This document shows, in pieces, positions 45,046-54,667 of a DNA stretch of 60,635 nucleotides (its first letter is position 1; each line of letters starts with the position of its first letter). The stretch is taken from NCBI GenBank assembly GCA_018664115.1, contig JABJOX010000050.1, positions 1 to 60,635 of the forward strand, written 5' to 3'. Origin of the DNA: Candidatus Woesearchaeota archaeon (lineage in GTDB: Archaea > Nanobdellota > Nanobdellia > Woesearchaeales > GW2011-AR9). The notes below the pieces were generated by a model. The model saw nothing but the letters and a program-made list of their open reading frames with translations. It searched no databases and had not been told where the DNA came from. A program made the translations under genes and the position numbers.

Positions 45046-45127
45046 GAAAAAGTTTATAAAAAAGTGATATACCTAAACTATATTACTGATTTATTTGAAA
45101 ACTTGGATATAGAATTAATCATAAAAA

Positions 45128-46189
45128 ATGACAGATAAAAACACATTCAAACTTAAAGGAATAGTAGACAAAGGTAGGAAATTTGAATTAGAGCACAGAA
45201 AAGACCTTGTGAAAAGAATAGGTGAAAGTGGAAATAATCTTTATGTGTGGTCAAAATTAAGATGGGGTACTGCTAACGGCCCCTTATCAGAAGAACACAA
45301 AAAAGAGTTTAAAATTTTAGAACAATTAGCTAAAAGCCATGATGTAAATATCTGGGCAGGAATGCACCCGGGTGATTCTAGATATTGTTCTCATCCTAAA
45401 GATCGTTGGAGAATTATCGATAATGCAAAACATTTTCTAGCAAATGGTGCAGATGGAATTTATCTTTTTATGGATGACACCCATCCTCTATTTTGGGAAG
45501 CTGCTAATCCTTCTAGTTCAAGACATAATGTCATCATAAAAGATGGTAAAGCACATGCAAGACTTATAAAACAAATGTATGAAGAAACCGAGGGAAAGTT
45601 AAAAGCAATATGTGGGGAAGAGTATGTTGGACCAAGGATGAGCGTTATGGATTATTGGGAACCAATTTTAGATGTTTTGCCTAAGGATGTTGCAATAACC
45701 TGGGTCGGACCTGGAAAAAGCATGTGGTATAGAACATTAAGTGCTGAAGATATTCCAGATTTGGGATGGCCAGTGATGCTTTTTGATAATTATTTTGCAT
45801 CAGACAGTAAAAAACCAGAAAGAGCACCAGTATATCCTTACAAAGGTAGAGATTCTTCTCTTACAGATAAAGTTGAAGGCATCATAATTAACCCAAACCT
45901 ATTTAATTATGAATCACAATTTTGCGGATTAAATACTGCATTGGATTTTTTACAAGATCCTGATAATTATGTTCCTGCTGAATCAATTAAAGATGCAGTT
46001 ACAAAACTATTTGTCCTATATCGTAATGAAAAGATTTGTAATCATAATGTAGGAACCAATAATCCATTCAAAAATGAAGCTTATGTTGATGCAATGGACC
46101 ATATTGGAAACCCAAAAAGCAAAGGATTTAGAAATGCTGTGATTAAATTAGGAGATTTATATTGGAAAGAAAAATTATTTACTTCTTAA
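45128..46189 (+). CDS. GH84 (O-GlcNAcase / beta-N-acetylglucosaminidase)-like glycoside hydrolase domain protein
   Basis: GADGIYLFMDDTHP (DD catalytic pair context), ITWVGPGKSMW, VMLFDNYFASD resemble GH84 blocks (..DDI.., WTG, WDN..aNDy). Confidence 0.5.
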   Translation: MTDKNTFKLKGIVDKGRKFELEHRKDLVKRIGESGNNLYVWSKLRWGTANGPLSEEHKKEFKILEQLAKSHDVNIWAGMHPGDSRYCSHPKDRWRIIDNAKHFLANGADGIYLFMDDTHPLFWEAANPSSSRHNVIIKDGKAHARLIKQMYEETEGKLKAICGEEYVGPRMSVMDYWEPILDVLPKDVAITWVGPGKSMWYRTLSAEDIPDLGWPVMLFDNYFASDSKKPERAPVYPYKGRDSSLTDKVEGIIINPNLFNYESQFCGLNTALDFLQDPDNYVPAESIKDAVTKLFVLYRNEKICNHNVGTNNPFKNEAYVDAMDHIGNPKSKGFRNAVIKLGDLYWKEKLFTS

Positions 46190-46322
46190 TTAAGAAATAT
46201 ATAAATTAATTTAAAAAATTCTGAACCTGCTATCTCAAATTTAAAAGAGATAAATGAAAGAATAGACAAAGAATAGAAAGAGTAAATAAAAAATATAAAA
46301 TAAAAAAAATTAATAGTTTAAA

Positions 46323-46342
46323 AAAATGCAAAAAAGCATTTT
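46323..46342. terminator. AT-rich hairpin between convergent genes
   Basis: AAAATGC(6 nt)GCATTTT lies between the 3' ends of 45128-46189 and 46354-48240. Confidence 0.35.
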
Positions 46343-46353
46343 AAAAATTACTT

Positions 46354-48240
46354 TCAGTAATTAACCAAAACTTGCACGTCTCTACCAAAGATATTCTTCA
46401 AGTCTTCGAAAACCGGTTCCTTAATGAAAGCACGTTTTGGCATTTTCAGATCTGCTAACGCTTTTTCAAATTCCCCAAGAGAAGAATCAGTTAACGTCCC
46501 CAAACTGCCATCTTCATTAATTTTAGCTTTCTCAATTCTTTTATCTTTAGCATCAATGTCATGGATAACAAAAGCTACTTTGTCAAGCAAAATAACCTCA
46601 CCATACTTATCGCCGTGTTTAACTTTGATTTTTGTTCTTTCTAATTCTCGGCCACGTTTCCTTTGCATGTACTCAATCAAGAATTTAATCAAACCAGTAC
46701 TACCTTTACGAGCTTTTTCAACAGCAGCTTTACTTAACTTTTTCTGATCATGTTTTGTTTTCGCTTCCACAACCTCATTCAAGTCTCTTAAATATCTAGC
46801 AGGCACTTTTCCAGTAGAGATTAATTCATCTTCAAACAACTTGATGATTTCTTCATCTTGTGCTTTTTCAATACCTTCCATTTTCAGAACATCTCTGATA
46901 ATGGTCATGATTTCATCATAAAGAGTTATAACACTTTTCTGGTTATGCATCTCTTCAATTGTTTTAAACAACTCTTTAATTCTCTTAAGATATTTTTCAG
47001 CATTCTTAATCAATTCGTCAAGTTCAATCCCAGACAATTCTTTTCTTGTACCATGTTCAATATCTTTTCTAACTTGAACATTTTTCTTTAGAATTTCGAT
47101 ATATTCCGGTTCCAACATTTTCTCTTTCTTAACAAAGATCTCTTCCAAAACTTCAGGAGTTTCTTTTGGTGTTGGTGGAGGAATTCCATAAAGCATTAAA
47201 GCGGCCTGGCTTGGAGTTAAGATAGCATAAAATGTATCTTCCATGCCCATATCTTTCAGTTTTAATTTTACCCGGTTAATACTCTGCTCACCAGTACTCA
47301 TAAACAAATCGATCGCTTCTCTGCTCGGCTTGATTCTGCCCATTCTAAGCAACTGTTTCCAAGGCATAAAGATTCCCCGGTCATAGAATGGAACTCCGTC
47401 TCTAAGCAAAGTAAAGATGATAGGGTTAGCATCTTTTAGAGATTCCCAGAAATCAGTTAAGATATAAACTTGAATGTTTAATTTATTCTTAATTCCAGTC
47501 ATCTCGCCTGCTTCTGCACCCATCCCAATAATGATTGCTCTCAACTTATCTTTCAATTCAGCACGAGTCATTTTCTTAACATCAGTATCGTCAATGACAA
47601 TCCAAACATCAATATCTGAAGTGGCAGTAGCTCTACCCTGAACTAAACTTCCAGCAAGAACGTAACTTAAAATATATTTATCAAATTTCTTGATAACCAT
47701 AGATTTATGAATTTCTGCAATCTTGATTGCTGCTAACATTCCAGTATCAAAAATTGGTGCACCAACAGAAATCAATTTATTCATATCACTTTTTCCATCA
47801 TAACAATTCTGCCAAATGTCAGTTAACAAGATACTTTGAGTTTTAATGTTTTTATCAATCTCTTCAGCAAATTTGCCAATAATACTAGAGAACTTTTGAT
47901 GTAATTCATCTTTAGACATTTTCTTAGAAGTGGTATCATCAACAACAACCATAATATTAATTTGATCAGGATTAGGTTTTTCTTTCTTATCATCAGCTTT
48001 TTCATCTTTAGGAGCTGTTTTTTCCGGTGGCAATAAAGTAATACCAACAATATAATCTCCAAATTTATCCAGAACTTTATCTTTAAGTTTATCTAATTTT
48101 GTTTTCAAAGCTTTTAATTTCTTTTCCAATTCAGGAGGCAATTTAGGTGCCCCTGCAGGTGCAACTTCATTACTTTTAGCTGGTTTCATTGATTTTGGTT
48201 TAACAGATTTATTCGATTTTTTTGCCATATTTATTTTCAT
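46354..48240 (-). CDS. Pol-beta-type nucleotidyltransferase domain protein with a possible C-terminal HEPN-like region
   Basis: LAGSLVQGRATATSDIDVWIVIDD (GS...D.D NTase motif), a second degenerate INIMVVVDD, and an Rx4H-type motif VRKDIEH in the helical C-terminal half. Confidence 0.5.
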   Translation of the reverse strand: MKINMAKKSNKSVKPKSMKPAKSNEVAPAGAPKLPPELEKKLKALKTKLDKLKDKVLDKFGDYIVGITLLPPEKTAPKDEKADDKKEKPNPDQINIMVVVDDTTSKKMSKDELHQKFSSIIGKFAEEIDKNIKTQSILLTDIWQNCYDGKSDMNKLISVGAPIFDTGMLAAIKIAEIHKSMVIKKFDKYILSYVLAGSLVQGRATATSDIDVWIVIDDTDVKKMTRAELKDKLRAIIIGMGAEAGEMTGIKNKLNIQVYILTDFWESLKDANPIIFTLLRDGVPFYDRGIFMPWKQLLRMGRIKPSREAIDLFMSTGEQSINRVKLKLKDMGMEDTFYAILTPSQAALMLYGIPPPTPKETPEVLEEIFVKKEKMLEPEYIEILKKNVQVRKDIEHGTRKELSGIELDELIKNAEKYLKRIKELFKTIEEMHNQKSVITLYDEIMTIIRDVLKMEGIEKAQDEEIIKLFEDELISTGKVPARYLRDLNEVVEAKTKHDQKKLSKAAVEKARKGSTGLIKFLIEYMQRKRGRELERTKIKVKHGDKYGEVILLDKVAFVIHDIDAKDKRIEKAKINEDGSLGTLTDSSLGEFEKALADLKMPKRAFIKEPVFEDLKNIFGRDVQVLVNY

Positions 48241-48304
48241 CTCCTTATTTGTGGTGTGACTTTTTAATGTTGTAATAGAGTATATGTTTTACGTGGTTAT
48301 AATT

Positions 48305-48402
48305 GTTTGGGAGGGGGGTGAGACCTTTTGATTACAGTTCTTTCGCGAACTGGGAGCGAGAGGCGACATGCGTTCGTTACGCTCACTTAGTCCCCTAAAA
48401 AA
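48305..48402 (+). ncRNA. GC-rich small structured RNA (RNA-B), homologous to the core of RNA-A
   Basis: GUUUGGGAGGGG (5') pairs with CCCCUAAAAAAC (3'). Exact 13-mers ACAGTTCTTTCGC and AACTGGGAGCGAG are shared with the minus strand of 13267-13351. Followed by CTTTTATT. A TATA-like GTATATG lies about 22 nt upstream. Confidence 0.45.
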
Positions 48403-48437
48403 CTTTTATTGCAGTTCTTTCGCTTATCCAGAAAAGA

Positions 48438-48464
48438 AATATTTAAATAGGGTTTTGATTTACT
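48438..48464 (+). promoter_or_regulatory. 27-nt promoter/leader cassette identical to 42023-42049
   Basis: AATATTTAAATAGGGTTTTGATTTACT ends 7 nt before the ATG at 48472. Confidence 0.55.
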
Positions 48465-48471
48465 GGGTAAT

Positions 48472-49128
48472 ATGGCAGAAGCGAAAGATGATTATTTAGC
48501 GAAACATAAGAAGATGCACGATGCTGCAGAAGTTTCTTTTAACACATTTAAACACCACCACCATAAAGCGTATGCAAAAAGTGTTGATGAACATTTAACA
48601 GATGAAAAAGGAGAAGTCCACTATGAATGGTTAGATGAGGGTAAAAAAGATGGTGATAAAAAGATTTCAGCAAGAGATGTAAGAAAAAGTTTCAAAAAAG
48701 AAATGCGTGATTTTTATGTTAAAAAAATTGAAAAAAAATTAAATACTGAAATCAAAGATGAGTTTGCTAGAGATAGTATCGCTAAAGTCTGGTACGGCGT
48801 AGATATGAGTATTATTGATGATCATTTAAATCAATATGGCAGTGGTTTTAATTGGGATTTCTATAAAAGAAACGTGGTCCCGAGATTTGAAAACGAATTA
48901 GAACCACAAGTTTATGCACCAACAACAGAACATATTGATGAAGAACATACAAAGAGAATTGCTAAAGATCTTGGAATTGAAAATAGGTTAACCAGTCAAC
49001 TTTCAGTTGATGAATCCAAAGCATTACTTAAAGGGTGGAGATCTGAAGGTGAGAGTATATCAGAAGACCTTTTGAAGAGAATCGTTGGAAAAAAGTTAAA
49101 ACCGAAAGATAAGAAAAAGAAGAAATAA
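48472..49128 (+). CDS. hypothetical charged protein
   Basis: 218-aa ORF. Confidence 0.5.
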   Translation: MAEAKDDYLAKHKKMHDAAEVSFNTFKHHHHKAYAKSVDEHLTDEKGEVHYEWLDEGKKDGDKKISARDVRKSFKKEMRDFYVKKIEKKLNTEIKDEFARDSIAKVWYGVDMSIIDDHLNQYGSGFNWDFYKRNVVPRFENELEPQVYAPTTEHIDEEHTKRIAKDLGIENRLTSQLSVDESKALLKGWRSEGESISEDLLKRIVGKKLKPKDKKKKK

Positions 49129-49194
49129 TGTGTCACTGGCCAGGGATAAATAAACCGAAAGATTTATAAACTAAATTCTATTATATATGTAAAA

Positions 49195-51372
49195 ATGAGT
49201 AGAAAAGTAGGTATATTTTCAGATTTGCACTCCGATAAGAGAAGCTTATATTGCTATGCTCAACTCTTAAAAAATTTAGGTGTAGATTCATCTGTATTCC
49301 TAGGAGATTTTCTATATAAAACGAGTTCAGAAGTGACTTCAGCTGAAGAAAATCGTGCTCATTCATTAGTAGAACAACTAAAAATAGATTCCACATTTCG
49401 ACAAGATTACCAAAAAGGGTTATTTAGTGAAACTCAAATTAATCGTTTACTTCATTCTTTAGAATATAATAAAACCGTAAGTAAGAAAATTGCTAAAGCA
49501 GAATATCAAGAAATGAAAGAAATTCTTTCTGGATTAGAATTAGCTGTAGTTGGCGGTAATTGGGATTATAAAGAAGAAATTGAAGAAGTATTTGAAGGAG
49601 ATTATCTTAATGCTAGTACAAAAAACATTGCGGGATTAAATGTATTAGGTTTTTCAGGTGGAGGTAGTCCTACTGCTCTTACTTGTAGAACAGAAACTTT
49701 AGCCGACAATGAAGATCACCAAGGGTTACAATATCAAACTTGGACTGAAAAATTAAGATCTGGTCAATCATTTGACGCAGATTTATTAATATCACATATG
49801 CCGACTACTGATGGCGAGAATGTTAAAAAAGAAAATGCAGTTGAACATTTAAAAAATTCAATTTTAGCAAGAAAACAACAAGGGTTTGATGTTCCAGAAG
49901 TACATCTTCATGGTCATAGACACGCAACAAGTGTAAAATATGATGAAGAGATGGGTGCATTTTTAGTGAATCCTGGCCCGGCTGGATCTACTCACGGAGC
50001 CGATATACCTGCGTTCTTAATTGGGGAATTCAATGATGAAAACAAGCTAACTAAAATAAATAAGTACGAAATTATTTCCTCATTAAAAGGTTTAACTGAA
50101 ATTAAACAAACAGGACATTGGGATTTAGATTATGAAAATAAAAAAGCTGATTTTACTGAACAGAACACAGTTATTTTACAAGAAAGGAATATTCCTGAGT
50201 TTTGTAATAACTTATCATTAGATGATAATTTGGAATTAACTAGAAAGATAGATGTTAATTATTCATCTTTATCTAATGCAGCTGAGAAAGATTCGTTGTT
50301 AAGAAGAAACATTATGGTGATGGGAAGTGAACTAGAAGCAACAGCAAAAAAAATTAAAGATATTTCAATTGCCATTACCCACAATCATTTGATTGATAGT
50401 TATGGGAAATTAGATTTAACAAATTTAGAACAAACTATTGATGAAATCCATCAAGAGATTACAAAAGAATCTTGTTCTGCTCTCGGTGTTAACTGGGATT
50501 ATATTAAAGATAGTTTTGATTTAGATGGTTTTGAAGGCAAATATTTAACAGCTAGCATTAACAAATTAATTTTTGGAATAAATCATGGATCATTAGCGCC
50601 ATCTTTACGTGAAGGAGTAAGTAATGCTAAATCCGCTGATGATTTGAAAAATATTTCTGGTTCGGTGATTAAAGAAAGTCAAGAAAATCTAAGCAACGCT
50701 TACCAAGAACATATTCTAGGCGATATAAAAGATAGTGATTATCAAGAAATGGCAGAATTATATATGCCCCAAAACTTTGAACGGAAGTATGATGTTGTAA
50801 ATAAAGAAGCTTTCCAATTATGGTATAAAACTTTTAAAGAAGGAATTATCACTTCAGACCATATGGACACATTAAAGTCTTATCAAAAGAAAGAAGATTA
50901 CGTTGGTAGAGAGAGAACTAAAGAAGAGATTGCTGAAACATTTAATTTTAATGTTGGTGATATCTCGGAAGATGTTGTTCCTCAACAAAGAGGAGAAGGA
51001 AGAGAAATTTCAGAAGAGGATATAAATAAGTTTAGACAAGCAGTCAGGTCCGGAAGAATTCCAGTTTTAAGAGAAGGAGAGGATGAATATTTAATAAATC
51101 AACAGAATGGACAAAGAATACCTTTCGACCCAAGTCAGTTTGGTTTAGGGGCAGGAGATTATCAAGCACTTAATCGTGAAGAATATCAGAGTCAGATGAG
51201 AAATAATCAAATCAGGCATCATGAAAATCAGGCTAATGATTTAAGAATGCAAGAAAATCAAGCTAATGGTAATAATGTTACTGATTTAAATGCTCAAAGA
51301 GCAAACAGAGATAATAATCTAAATGCGCCTTCACCAGCAAGAGATTATAGGAACTTAGATCAAGCGGTTTAG
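49195..51372 (+). CDS. metallophosphoesterase-like N-terminal domain protein with a long C-terminal extension and Q/N-rich tail
   Basis: VGIFSDLHSD, LGDF, GGNWDY, HLHGHRH. Confidence 0.5.
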   Translation: MSRKVGIFSDLHSDKRSLYCYAQLLKNLGVDSSVFLGDFLYKTSSEVTSAEENRAHSLVEQLKIDSTFRQDYQKGLFSETQINRLLHSLEYNKTVSKKIAKAEYQEMKEILSGLELAVVGGNWDYKEEIEEVFEGDYLNASTKNIAGLNVLGFSGGGSPTALTCRTETLADNEDHQGLQYQTWTEKLRSGQSFDADLLISHMPTTDGENVKKENAVEHLKNSILARKQQGFDVPEVHLHGHRHATSVKYDEEMGAFLVNPGPAGSTHGADIPAFLIGEFNDENKLTKINKYEIISSLKGLTEIKQTGHWDLDYENKKADFTEQNTVILQERNIPEFCNNLSLDDNLELTRKIDVNYSSLSNAAEKDSLLRRNIMVMGSELEATAKKIKDISIAITHNHLIDSYGKLDLTNLEQTIDEIHQEITKESCSALGVNWDYIKDSFDLDGFEGKYLTASINKLIFGINHGSLAPSLREGVSNAKSADDLKNISGSVIKESQENLSNAYQEHILGDIKDSDYQEMAELYMPQNFERKYDVVNKEAFQLWYKTFKEGIITSDHMDTLKSYQKKEDYVGRERTKEEIAETFNFNVGDISEDVVPQQRGEGREISEEDINKFRQAVRSGRIPVLREGEDEYLINQQNGQRIPFDPSQFGLGAGDYQALNREEYQSQMRNNQIRHHENQANDLRMQENQANGNNVTDLNAQRANRDNNLNAPSPARDYRNLDQAV

Positions 51373-51453
51373 AATTTTAATTTATTTTTTAATTATAATC
51401 CAAATTTTTATAAACATAAAAATCTTTCTGAGAATATAAAAGAGGTAGATAAT

Positions 51454-53163
51454 TTGAGAAATCTAGAAATAGCTAAAATCCTGAACAATATTGCTGACAT
51501 TCTTGAACTACAGGAAATACAATTTAAACCTAGAGCATATCGTAACGCAGCCAGAGGAGTAGAAGGGTTAACTGAAGATATAGCAGATGTTTACAAAAGA
51601 GGCGAATTGGAGAATATTCCAGGAGTAGGTAAACACATTGCGGAAAAGATTGCAGAATATTTAGAGAAAGGTAAATCAAAGTATTATAATCAGTTAAAAA
51701 AGAAAGTTAAGATTGACATTGAATCACTTCATCAGATTCCTACTTTAGGACCGAAGAAGATTAAGTTTCTGTACGAGAAATTAAAGATCAAAAATATCAA
51801 AGATTTAGAGAAAGCGATCAAGAAAGGGAAATTAAAAAAATTGAAAGGGTTTGGAGAAGAAACTGAGAAAAATTTATCAGAAGGGATTAAGTTAGTTAAA
51901 AGCCGTCCAAAAAGATTTCTTTACTATCAAGCCCTTCCTATTGTTAACGAAATAAAAAATTACTTTAACAAATCTGGATTTGTTAAAAAGATAGAAGTTG
52001 CGGGTTCGTTTAGAAGGGGAAAAGAAACAATTGGCGATTTAGATTTCTTAGTGATATCTAATAAAGCAAATGAAGTAATGAAATTATTTATGCAATTACC
52101 AGACGTAAAAAAAATAATCTCAAAAGGAACAACCAGAAGTTCGGTCCGATTAAGTAACGGATTACAAGTAGATCTTAGGGTGGTTAAAGAAAAAGAATTG
52201 GGTTCGGCGCTAATGTATTTTATTGGTAACAAACAACATAATATTGAATTAAGAAAAATCGCTTTATCTAAAGGTTATACGTTAAGCGAGTATGGATTGT
52301 TTAGACTCAAAAGAAAGAAATGGGTTGCTGGAAGAACTGAAGAAGAAATTTATCAGAAATTGGGAATGGATTATATTGAACCGGAACTAAGAGAGAACAG
52401 TGGAGAAATTAAAGCTGCTCAAGAGAAGAAACTACCTAAATTAATTACAAACAGAAATATTAAAGGTGTTTTTCACAATCATACTAAATGGAGTGATGGT
52501 AATAATTCCATGCTAGAAATGGCTCAAAAAGCAGAACAGTTAGGAATGAAATTCATTTCTTTCAATGATCATTATGGAGATATAGCAATTACTAATCCAC
52601 TTAACGAAAAAAGGCTTGTTGGATATCTAAAAGCAATAGAAAAAGTTAGAAAAAAAGTAAAAATTAAAGTTTTTTCAGGGGTTGAGATTGATATTCTTAA
52701 AGATGGAAAACTTCCTTTATCCGCAGAGAAATTGAAAAAGATAGATGTGGTAATTGCAGCAATTCATTTAGCTACAAGAATGCCTGAAGAGAAGATGACA
52801 AAACGAGTCTGTGATGCTTTAGAAAATTATCCAGTTAATATTCTTGCTCATCCCACCGACAGATTAATTAATTCCCGAGAAGCAATTAAACTTAATTTAG
52901 AAAAAGTTTTTTTAACTGCTAAAAAAAATAATGTTTATTTAGAAATTAATTCATCTTTTGAAAGATTAGATCTTAATGGTGAGAACATCAAAGCTGCAAA
53001 GAAAATGGGATGCAAATTTGTATTAAGTACAGACGGCCACAATTTACAACATTTAGAAAATTATGTTTTAGGAGTTACTCAAGCAAGAAGAGGTTGGTTA
53101 GAGAAAAAAGATATTTTAAATTGTTATAACTTAAATAAAATTGAAAAAGTGTTAAAAAAATAA
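51454..53163 (+). CDS. polX: family X DNA polymerase with a C-terminal PHP domain (PolX)
   Basis: HhH motifs IPGVGKHIAEKI and IPTLGPKKIKFL. GSFRRGKETIGDLDFLV. PHP motifs FHNHTKWSDG and STDGH. Confidence 0.9.
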   Translation: MRNLEIAKILNNIADILELQEIQFKPRAYRNAARGVEGLTEDIADVYKRGELENIPGVGKHIAEKIAEYLEKGKSKYYNQLKKKVKIDIESLHQIPTLGPKKIKFLYEKLKIKNIKDLEKAIKKGKLKKLKGFGEETEKNLSEGIKLVKSRPKRFLYYQALPIVNEIKNYFNKSGFVKKIEVAGSFRRGKETIGDLDFLVISNKANEVMKLFMQLPDVKKIISKGTTRSSVRLSNGLQVDLRVVKEKELGSALMYFIGNKQHNIELRKIALSKGYTLSEYGLFRLKRKKWVAGRTEEEIYQKLGMDYIEPELRENSGEIKAAQEKKLPKLITNRNIKGVFHNHTKWSDGNNSMLEMAQKAEQLGMKFISFNDHYGDIAITNPLNEKRLVGYLKAIEKVRKKVKIKVFSGVEIDILKDGKLPLSAEKLKKIDVVIAAIHLATRMPEEKMTKRVCDALENYPVNILAHPTDRLINSREAIKLNLEKVFLTAKKNNVYLEINSSFERLDLNGENIKAAKKMGCKFVLSTDGHNLQHLENYVLGVTQARRGWLEKKDILNCYNLNKIEKVLKK

Positions 53164-53172
53164 GTAAATAAA

Positions 53173-53418
53173 TTAGTCACCAATACTTTCTTTGAATTCG
53201 TTCAAACAGACATCAGAACAGAAAACATATTCTTCGCCTTCAATTTCCTGTGATACTTTCTTTTCATCATTAACTGCTGAACCACACTCTGCACATTCGT
53301 CCATTTTTTCATCATCAGCATAACCTTTCATGAAACTTGCGTCTAGATCGTCTTCCTCAATAAATTGTTCTTTCTTTACTGGCTCTGCATCATCAACATA
53401 ATCTTCCATTTTATTCAA
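53173..53418 (-). CDS. small acidic protein with a TRASH/YHS-type zinc-ribbon motif
   Basis: CAEC(x21)CSDVC spacing, C-x2-C-x21-C-x3-C. Confidence 0.5.
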   Translation of the reverse strand: MNKMEDYVDDAEPVKKEQFIEEDDLDASFMKGYADDEKMDECAECGSAVNDEKKVSQEIEGEEYVFCSDVCLNEFKESIGD

Positions 53419-53514
53419 CCTCCATATGCCTAAGTTATATTTTTTCGGGTTTGCTTTTAAATCTTTCGCCTATAGTATATATGCGCATATGTTTTTTAGC
53501 TTAGATATAAGTGA

Positions 53515-54651
53515 TTATTCCAATAATATCCTTTTGATCTTGTTAATTGATCTTTCCCATGAAAATGAATAAGCCACAGTTTTTCGGGCATTATTACTCA
53601 ACTTTTCTCTTAATGATTCATTATTTAATAATTTCTCAATTTTTATAGCTAACATTGTTGAACTATTTCTAGGGAAAAAAACACCATTATGACTTTTAAC
53701 AATATAATTTTTAATAAAACCAACTTTTGTAGCAATAACTGACAAGCCGGAAGACATCGCTTCTAAAGTAGCAAGTGAAGTAGTTTCAGTTAAGCTAGGC
53801 ATGACAAAGATATCCATCGCTTTAAGATAATCTTCAACATTATTTACAAAACCAGTAACTTTACAATTCTTAATTTCTTTAAATTTATTGACTAGACCTT
53901 TGTGGCCATCTCCAACTATTAATAGGACCACATTATTTTGATTATTTAATTTCTGAAATGCTTCCAATAAAATTTCAGTATTCTTTTCTTTTGAGATTCT
54001 ACCAACGTAACCAATAACTAGTTTATTCTCTTCAATGCCAATTTTCTTTTTACTAGCAGCTTTATCTTTTGTTGGAGAAAACTTATCAATATCAATTCCT
54101 AACCGAGCAACAGCAATATTAGTTTTAACACCATTCTTCTTCATCTGTTCGCCAAGTTCATGATAAGGAACAATCAATTTATCACATTTATTATAATAAT
54201 GCATACTGATCTTTTTTACTAAGTAAGCGAGGGTTTTACTCCAAAAAGTACGTTTAGATTTTTCTAAAAGTTCCCAGGGTAAAACATGAGTATAAAAAAA
54301 AGCTTTCTTCTTATATTTACGAGCATAACGAATAGCAAGAAAACTCGCTAGAGCAGGACCCTGAGCAAAAACTAAATCGGTTTCTTTGACAGCTTTTTTT
54401 GTTTCCATGAAATTTTTTAATGATAATCTAATTGCTGGATATGTTGGAAGTGGGGAAATAAATTTTGAAGTTGTTAAATAATATGTGTTAATACTTTTGT
54501 TAGATTTATGGGGGCCAAAGTTGGGAACAAGTAAACTTAAATTAAAAAATGCTGCTGCTCTTCTTAAAAATTCGTCAATGAACATCACCGTACCGTCTAC
54601 TTTTGGATGATAAGTGTCGGATACAAGTAATAATTTTTTCTTTTCTGTCAT
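53515..54651 (-). CDS. glycosyltransferase, GT4 family
   Basis: GRISKEKN and PSLTETTSLATLEAMSSGLSVIATKVG (E-x7-E region). Confidence 0.8.
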   Translation of the reverse strand: MTEKKKLLLVSDTYHPKVDGTVMFIDEFLRRAAAFFNLSLLVPNFGPHKSNKSINTYYLTTSKFISPLPTYPAIRLSLKNFMETKKAVKETDLVFAQGPALASFLAIRYARKYKKKAFFYTHVLPWELLEKSKRTFWSKTLAYLVKKISMHYYNKCDKLIVPYHELGEQMKKNGVKTNIAVARLGIDIDKFSPTKDKAASKKKIGIEENKLVIGYVGRISKEKNTEILLEAFQKLNNQNNVVLLIVGDGHKGLVNKFKEIKNCKVTGFVNNVEDYLKAMDIFVMPSLTETTSLATLEAMSSGLSVIATKVGFIKNYIVKSHNGVFFPRNSSTMLAIKIEKLLNNESLREKLSNNARKTVAYSFSWERSINKIKRILLE

Positions 54652-54667
54652 TTTATTTACTTTGGGG

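Noticed and set aside
48305-48402. Calling RNA-B (and RNA-A) a divergent 5S rRNA because UUUCGCGAACUGGGAGCGAGAGGCG resembles the universal loop C/helix III segment (..CCGAAC..GGAAGU.AAGC)
   Set aside because: No helix II partner follows the helix III-like hairpin. The element is only about 98 nt and the 3' half lacks a convincing loop E/helix IV-V. The similarity is local and could be chance. It is kept only as something for a covariance-model search to test.
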